DNA of 57,549 nucleotides, the filler included, from Sphacelaria rigidula (lineage: Eukaryota): assembly GCA_964200075.2 (NCBI GenBank). It is 4 parts of 4 records of this genome, joined end to end, with 100 filler letters (N's around TTAATTAATTAA, not from the genome) between each part and the next. Parts side by side here need not be neighbours in the genome. Positions count along the whole stretch, not along the records: positions 43,240 to 57,549 come from CAXNAA020002323.1; 3 more parts are not named here. One strand, given 5' to 3'. The notes below the pieces were generated by a model that had not been told where the DNA came from, searched no databases, and saw only the letters and a list, made by a program, of their open reading frames with translations. A program made the position numbers and the translations under genes. Positions 49,737-57,549 of this stretch are shown one piece after another. Within the stretch, counting starts at the first letter, position 1. Every line of letters begins with the position of its first letter.

Positions 49737-52700
49737 TTAGCGGAAGTTTCGCACACTAGAAGCCGTGGCGGTCGAACCGGTAGCCGATAGCCTAGACCTC
49801 GTGCGTCCCGCAATGCTCGTTCGCGGAATTTGGGACGATCTCCGGGGAGCCGCCCTGCCAATGGCGGTGGAGGTAGCAACAACCGGCATCGACGTGCGAC
49901 GTGACCCCGCAAGACTTCTGCTACCGTTGTTGGCAATGGAGGCGTTGTTGATGTCGACGTCATTTTCACAAAGGGTAGACGGGAAAGTCGTGCTGTTGCT
50001 GCTGCTGCCACCGCCGCCGCTGGTGTCTTGTTGAGTTTTACGTTTTTTGGACGGCGTGTTGCCTGTTGCACCGTTCAAGTCCGTGCTGATGTTCATACCG
50101 ACCCGATTTGTCACGTCTCCCAACCTTTTGGTGTCCAGCATTTGTCAGTGATTTCAGCGTAGAAACGGGCGGTGGGTGAGTATGGTGGGGGTACGGTATA
50201 AAAAAAAGTACGCAAGTGGCAAACTACCGTGAATAAGCGGTACGCATGCTTAGGAATTATTCATGGGCGCAAAAATTCTTGTGTGGATTCTTTCTTGAAT
50301 CGTCTTAATAACCTCATTCTTTGATTCGCCTCGTCTTGGTGAAAGATACAGATATCGCAGTATACTATCAAGATCATCTTTAGTAATACCCTCATCCTTT
50401 CATTCGTCACGAATCAATGAAAGATACTTACGTCCTAGTCTACCATGTCGTTATGTTCGACTTTTTCCTGCTCCTTGGTTTTCTCGAACGATTATTTCAC
50501 TTTTGCTTTTCTTGGGTATGTCTAGTCTATCATGCGACCGCGGCTGGACCCATGGGCGATCACTCAAACAAACATATACATCTGTATTATATATATTACT
50601 TGATATATTAGCATCCAAGCAATTGAAATCCAATTCAAGTCATTTTCATTGCATTTTTTTACGCCTTCCTATTGCATTTGTTCTTCACGTTTCTGCTTCT
50701 GATGTGAACTGCATTTCAAAGCGCGCGTGCACTTCGAAGCAGTGAACTGCGAAATCAATTTCAACAAGCTGAGCTACACGTGGGCGCGATACCCCCTTTT
50801 CCTAACAAGGTGCTTCACGCCATCCAGTCCCAAGTCATGACAGCAGGGCGATACCCGTGCGTTTGGTTGTGCTCTCAGACCTAACCTCCACACCAGGATC
50901 ATACATGCGCCAATATACAGTAGTAGACAAGACCCGTTTTATTTGAGCCTCCAACAGACTAAACCTAACCCTCTGACGTGTATTGGCGTATTGCTAACCA
51001 CAATCCATGCCTTGGGTTTCCAAGAATGACCTCCAACAAGTCGGGGGGAAAGACGTATACTCTTTGTGCGTAAGGTGTACGCTATCGACGCCCCGCTTCT
51101 GCGAGAGTGACTTGCCTTCTCTGAGACGTTGGCTTAGTTCCGCTGGAGCGCGGGGCAGGGAGCATGGACTTCCTCGATCTCGGTATCATGCTGCAACCGT
51201 GTCATTTGATTCGAGGGCAGCACGAGACATGGAGGAAACGACGCACGGGGGAAAGCGACAAGGAGACCCAAATGTAGTTGAAATACGACGGGACATACGA
51301 ATGAGACGGGGCGAGCAAAGAGGGGGGGAGGTGCGGGGAAGCCAAGTGATGGATGCACATGCATTTACATTGACATTGACATTCCAACACATGCACGGTG
51401 GAAACAGACAGCACGACCAAAAAGCCACTACGGCGACAACGATAACACAACAAGCAATACAAGACATGGAACACAACAAGACCGCGCAGGATAATCAACA
51501 GGACAGGCAAAACAAGATTATGGTGATCTGCATACCGCACTACACACCTACACACCAACATACACAGGCACACACGAACGAGGGGGACAACACATCACAA
51601 GATATTGAAACCCATCCATCCCTCGTTATCAGTGGCCGCAGCTACTCGTACAGTACAGAAACACGCGTCTTACCTGCTGGTGCGGCGCTGGGCCTTGATG
51701 GCAGATGCCGCGTCCATGGCGATAGATCCAGAGCTCTGCGAAGGATGCGAAATGATGGACGGGCTGTCAATGTTGTCTCTGCGCCTAAGCGTTCTGCTGC
51801 TGCTGCTGCTGCTGCTGCTGCCGCTCCCGCTCCCGCTCCCAGCGTTATTGGCGCTGACGTTGCCGACGCCAAAGGACGACAAACGACATCTTCTTGCGAT
51901 AGCGTCTGCAACCATATCAGATTCTTCATTTTCCGTCGCCGCCGCCTATGTTGCATTCACAATTGATATGATTCCGTTGATCGGTTGGTTAATTGTTTGA
52001 GCTCGGAAATGTTTGGTCTAACCAGTACTGTACCCAGTAAAATAGCACATAATGATTTCGTCTTCGAGCGGGGAAGCTGCGAGCCAAAAAGCCCTCCCGC
52101 AGAGGGTGCCCCGCCCGAGGCGCCGTGCCCGAGGCACATTTTTACCCTATTCGGCTTCACTAGAGCTACAAAATACGTAGCCGGTAATGGCTTCAAAGCC
52201 GGTAACGGTAAGTAATGGTTTGAAACCAGTATCCGAAAATTTCATAAAACCATCACCATCATCACCAGTATAATGATAATGACCAGTTATAACTGGTACC
52301 ATTTCCGAGCTCCATCAATTATCGTCGATTGTCGTTAATCGAGTGAATGATTCCATGATTTTCAGGTCAAACAAAACGGAAACTCTCGCGAAATAGGAAA
52401 GACAGAACACACAACAAACCCAAGTAGACCGATAAAATAAAATAAAACGAGAATCGAAACACAAGGAGAAAGAAGGGGTGGAAGACGAAGTAAGGAAAGG
52501 AAAAAGGAGAGGAGAACCGGACCATGTATTTTTCATCAAATATAATGCTTTGGGTTTATAACTCAATATAGTCGGGAATCTCGTGCGTATCATGATCACC
52601 AGTCGGGGCGGGGACGGAACGGGACGGGAAGTTGGTCACATGTCTACGAAGCGCGATTGTACAATGCCAGTCAAGCCAACACTCCATCCTCTATAAATAC

Positions 52701-55700
52701 GCATGTGCTGCAAAAAGAGCGGGGAGTTGTTCAGTTTTATCAACACCCGTGCCCAACCATGGGTCAAGCCGAAGCCGTGTACAGAGAACGTGCGTGCAAA
52801 ACTCACACCTGTCGAGACCGACCGCGCTGCACTCTTCCTCCCTCAGTTTCTCCGTGCACGGCCTCCACCTCTTCCTCCCCTCCTCCTTTCGCAACGTCCT
52901 CCTCGATCTGCCCCAACACACACGAGGTGCTGTTGCCCGTGCCGGTGTTGGAAAACGCGCTGTCTTCATCCATGAGCATCAACCCAGACCTAGCGCTGCT
53001 GCCATTGTTGGAACTGATGCCCTCTATACCCCCGCCGTCCTGACCTGCCGATTCATCCCCCATCTGTCCTGTCTGCTGCAGGTGACGTTCTCTTCGCTTC
53101 TCCCCTGCCACTGAGGGTTGGCAAGCGGCCTCGGCCAGCTCGATCCTGTGGTTATGTGCGCATTTCAACGTATGCATACACATGTAAACTGTAACTTTCC
53201 AACATTACCATGGTATGCGATAAATAATGACAACACCGTCATGGGTGTGATGAAAAAAAACGGAGCAACATAAAATACGATAATTGTTGGTATGGCCCGC
53301 CTTGTCAATGACAATAGAGATGTATTTCCACGTAGCGCGCACCTACTTTTTTCGTCTTATGGTTTTTCCCTATTTTTTTTCTCACACCGTACCTGAGTTG
53401 CGTGCACTCCATCTCCTTCTCCTTAAGGGCATGGAGCAATTCGTTCACATTCGCTCGTTCTTCCTCCGCAGCCTGTTCCGCCTGCAAAAACCCACGAGCA
53501 AGAAGAGGTACATGACACGGTACTTGGTTTTGGTTTAAACGATACCCCGAGTGGGTTGACTCGCCCGTTCGTGAAATACATTACACTGCCCAGATGCATA
53601 ATAACACCAACCGCTCATACCTCACGACTAGAATCAGAAGAGTAAACCCTAGAGAGGAAATAACCACGATACCCTCATGGTACCACCAGCACTAGCACCA
53701 CCACAACAGCGTCCCGGACGGTAGCGTAATATCCACAACGACCATCGCACGCTATCAAACGAGAAACAGTCTTTCACGGACAAGAGAGCACACTCAACCC
53801 AACGTTTGTCTCCTACCACCAGCCGACATAAATGGCGCAGCATCCGCACCGAAAAGGGAAGCCAAACACAGCAAGCCGACACTGCTCACCGCCTCCTTGT
53901 TGTTGCGCCAGGTCTCTATGAGTTCCATTGTGACATCGTGCTGCTGCCCCATTCTGGACATGGAGCTCTCCAACTCTCGCACCTTACCCTCCAGCTCTCG
54001 GACTCTATGGTACGCACAACAGCACATGCAAATATAGGACGAAGAACAAATAAGGGTGGGGGGAGGGAGAATTAGCTACTACTCCTACTCCTACGAATAG
54101 TAGGACTGTTTTAACTAGGACTGTTGGTACCGCGACGATCACAACTGTCGCAGCAGCAACAGCAGCAACAGCAACAGTGACAACAAAAACACACCTGGTT
54201 TTCTCTGCCGCCAACTCCGCATACGAGCGCTCTCTCTCAGCCTCCCACGCGATCATGTTCGCCGTCCTCTCCTCATCGTATGCGCCACCACTAGCACCGT
54301 CACCATCACCATCATCAGCGCCACGGCACCCTCTCTTCCTCTTGATCGCACTGCTCGCCGCTTGTCCAACCCGCTCTCGTCCCCCCAGCACCCCTCCTGC
54401 ACCCTCGGCGCCATGACCCCGCCGAGCCACGGGACTTTCAACGCAACCAACCGTCGTCGCGTCCTCGCTGTCCATAGGATCACTCATATCATTGCTCTCG
54501 GTTTCAAGAACGCCTCCTTGAGACGTCCATCCGTGCAGCAACCCGCCGCCGCCTCCACCCCGGGCAGCAGGCGGGGGCATCCCAACCCCTCCGTTACGTT
54601 CTCGGCCTGCTTCAAGTTCGACAGCAACGGCAGCGGCGGCGGCAGCTGCTGCTGCTGCGTCGTTGTAGGGAGCCTGAGCCGAGCTGTCTGGTCTTTCCAT
54701 GCTGGTCCTCGGTCTTTCCAAGCTGCTTCTTGTCCTTATGCCACCAACGCCGCCGCCTCTCCCGATACCCCCAGGTCGCTGCTGCTGCTGTTGCTCTTGT
54801 GCGGGAGGTCTAGCAGAGGTGTTAGCGCTACTGCTGCCGTAGCGATCGGGGCCTCCAGGGGTGCTGCTAGACACCGACATGATGGAGGACGTGTTGGCGG
54901 CGAACAGATCCGTGAACCCTGCGGGCTCGGGAGCTATATACCCGCGCGAGTTCCTGCAACGCGCCGCAACAAAGCACGAGAGAGACGGCGAGGATCAGGA
55001 AGTAGATGGAAACATTCGAGTACGGTTGGTGAGGAGGGGGGGGAGGGGGGTATATGACTATTAAGGAAGGTGCAGATAACAGCGTAGAAGGTGCAACCCA
55101 TGTTTTATTTCAGACGGGAACATGGGCAGTTCAATAGGTCATTGCACAACACATTGAGTATTCTACACGCACACTACTGTGACCTGTGACTTCGCAAACT
55201 CCTTCGTCACGAGACTTGTGGTTTGAACTCTGGCTCGTTTCACTACTCCTCGAGTCGGCCCTCATCCTTCAAAAGGGGGTTCGAGCCACGCCTGACACAG
55301 AGGAGCCGCTCTCAAACATCGCGGTATGCCCTGACCTTCAGGATATTAGCACACGCATTCACACCGGTTGAAGACGCCTTCATCCACATGCAAGACGAGC
55401 CCGTAACCGTAATTAGTGTGGTGGTTGCGAAAGACACCAACGAATCCCTGCGGTTCTTGCCGCCGCCACCACCCTCCCTCCCCCCCCCTTCCCTCCCCAC
55501 CGTTTAAATGGCGAGGCACCCGTGAGGCAGTGTGTAACCCGTGGGCGTCATTGGAAGTTCCGATACCAGAAAATGAAGCATCTCATTGGAGGCTGTCATC
55601 CAATTGCAAAAAACTCAGTAGGCTTCGGGTCGAACAATCTCCGCATAATGCAGTCCGCCCTTCATGCGTCGAACACATCACGACGCTTCGCGCTTGGTAG

Positions 55701-56816
55701 TTGATTACGAGCTGGTCCAACGAAAACCCAGCTTGTTCCATCCCGGCTTTATGGGGATGCGAGGTCAATGGACTACGGCATGCAATATTATGAGTACAAC
55801 ACCCTTCCCCCCTACCGTAGGATTATTCTCTTGCGCGATTAGGGACAGCGGGGTAGGAAAGCGTCGAGATGCGAATTGCGCAACTTCTGCTGTCTTCGAG
55901 GGACACACAGTCAATATGTACGTACTGTTCTTGTGAGATATATACACACAGCTGCACGGCTACTCAAGGCTTACTTCATGGCCTCCAACTGCGCTTCCAC
56001 CAAGGCATTGCGCTCTTTGAGGGCCTGGTATTCTTTGGCAAGGCGCGACTGGTCCTTGTCTCCTGCCACGCTCCCCCCTGCCCGCAGGGACTCCGCCGTT
56101 TTCGGATCAACCTGTCATGTTTTGTCCGCCCGCAAGCATACGAGTGTGGTACGAAATCTCGACATATAAAAAAGTCACAATTGTCACGTCTGCTCTCTCG
56201 ATACGCAGCAAGACCCATGACAAAACAGCTTTCAGTCAGCAAGAGGGAAAGGATCGACGATCGGTCAAGTCATGCATTTTTTTTTTCCTTTTTCATTCGT
56301 GAAGCATATCTCCGATTTCCAGCGGCGCTTTTGACACACGGTAACTGGAATTTTGCCGAGTTGGAATGCCTCTACTCTTGCTCGCCAAGCTTCTCTGGAG
56401 AAATGCATACTGCCAACGTAGACCATGCCAATGCGTTCGCGTCATAACATGACTTAGTTCAAGCAGGCTCAAACAGTAGAGTTACTGTGCAAATGCTACA
56501 ATTACTGCTGCTGTCGCTGCTGCTGCTGCTGTCGCTGCTGCCACTACTAATCAGAACATTTTTCTGGTTCTCACAAAATAATGACTTACAGTACTCCCCC
56601 TCTGTGACTGGATCTGGCACTAACGAAGGGACATGGGTATCATTATACCTTGATGTTCTTGGCCCGGTTGGCGTACTTGAGCGTGTTGTGAGAGTCGTCG
56701 AAGAACACATGCGATGGATTGACATTGGCGATCATCACCAGCCGGCACCTCCCTTCCAGTGACGCCTTCAGCAGGTGGGTCAGCTTGCTGTCCCGGTACT
56801 TCACGTTTGATGATCC
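49737..56816 (-). CDS. 5'-partial kinesin-8 family (KIF18/Kip3-like) motor protein gene, last 8 exons
   Basis: Phase-consistent exons 56816-56649, 56111-55975, 54953-54195, 54004-53890, 53481-53393, 53145-52809, 51945-51674 and 50124-49737 (TAA). The motor C-terminus [50 protein letters not shown] carries the kinesin-8-typical VMIAN and [11 protein letters not shown] motifs. Coiled coils and a basic disordered tail follow. Confidence 0.92.
51999..52312. mobile_element. Candidate small TIR element in a kinesin intron
   Basis: Perfect 13-bp inverted repeat GAGCTCGGAAATG / CATTTCCGAGCTC with inverted AATTG flanks and internal ACCAGT/CCGGTAA repeats. No clear TSD. Confidence 0.45.
55509..55797 (+). 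repeat. Dispersed ~290-bp repeat, copy 6 (intronic)
   Basis: Aligns with copy 1; ends TATTATGAGTAC followed by C-rich sequence. Confidence 0.9.
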
Positions 56817-57279
56817 CTTCACGGTCACGTGAGCATGCGGCAGCGGCAAAGGTACACCATTTGAAATGATGATTCGGTAGAGGGGCGAGTAAGAGCACAG
56901 TAAAGCAACCCTAGACGATCCACCTTCAAGTGCTCGAGGCACTTCTGAACACATTGGCTATGCACGTAAGTACACTGATGTTTGCAATGTGTTTACTTGC
57001 ATTATATACATCAAAAACTCCATCCGGAAAAACAAGATACATCAACAATTGGAGCTTTTGCGCATGATAGTTGTGCAGTCCGTCAGGCGGCCATAATATA
57101 TATGTTAGATCTCGACAACACCACCTTCCTGCCTTTGTCTCGATTCAAAGTATGGGCATATACCTCCCAGAATCTTAATATAGGAGCCTTCGAGGTCAAG
57201 GCCGAGCAGACGTACCAACACCAAATAAACGCGCGACACAGACGGGGAGAATCGGCCATCGTCGAGGCGGGGGGAGGGT

Positions 57280-57549
57280 GTACTCCTGATCATGCATGCC
57301 ATAGTCATGAGACCATTGACCTCGCATCCCTACAACGCCGGGACGGAGCATGCCGAGTTTTTGCGGGACCAGGCTTGCACTCAATAACCAAGCGCGAAGC
57401 GCCGTGGTCTGTTCGGCGAGTCGCATAAAGGGTGAGCTGCACCCTGCTAGGATTGTTCGGCCGAAGCCTATTGATTATCTTGCATTAGGATGACAGCCTA
57501 CAATGAGTTGCTTTCTTTTCTGGTATCGCCACTTCCACAGACAGCCACG
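57280..57549 (-). repeat. Dispersed ~290-bp repeat, copy 7 (cut by the contig end)
   Basis: G-run then GTACTCCTGATCATGCATGCC...TGGTATCGCCACTTCCACAGACAGCCACG. Confidence 0.9.

Noticed and set aside
55180..55460. Extra kinesin exon
   Set aside because: The candidate frames contain stops, and the flanking exons 55975 and 54953 already join in phase.
14650..56816. Functional cluster of bromodomain + HECT ligase + kinesin-8
   Set aside because: The three genes are on separate concatenated contigs, so their adjacency is artificial.

Overview
This is eukaryotic, intron-rich nuclear DNA, most likely from a brown alga or other stramenopile (inferred from gene architecture, long repeat-filled GT-AG introns and the RTE-type LINE; not proven). 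It is not one locus. Four contigs of 14313, 14313, 14313 and 14310 bp are joined by artificial 100-bp linkers (N44-TTAATTAATTAA-N44). Contig 1 (1-14313) holds a C-rich degenerate satellite, a tandemly duplicated and decayed multi-exon gene, a 1.07-kb long-TIR element and an isolated fimbrin/plastin-like CH exon. Contig 2 (14414-28726) holds the 3' nine exons of a gene with an atypical bromodomain split by a ~295-aa low-complexity insert. Contig 3 (28827-43139) holds ten internal exons of a HERC-like HECT E3 ligase (minus strand); its introns contain an RTE LINE relic, a probable THAP/P-element relic and a TA-flanked MITE. Contig 4 (43240-57549) holds a nested palindromic array, tRNA-derived SINE candidates, a clean 196-bp MITE with an 8-bp TSD, and the 3' eight exons of a kinesin-8 gene (minus strand). 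An unclassified ~290-bp repeat occurs seven times across all four contigs. I found no CRISPR array, rRNA, intact tRNA or prokaryote-style system. The best novelty candidates are the split bromodomain, the palindrome array, the two-module satellite and the GAGTAC-polyC repeat family.
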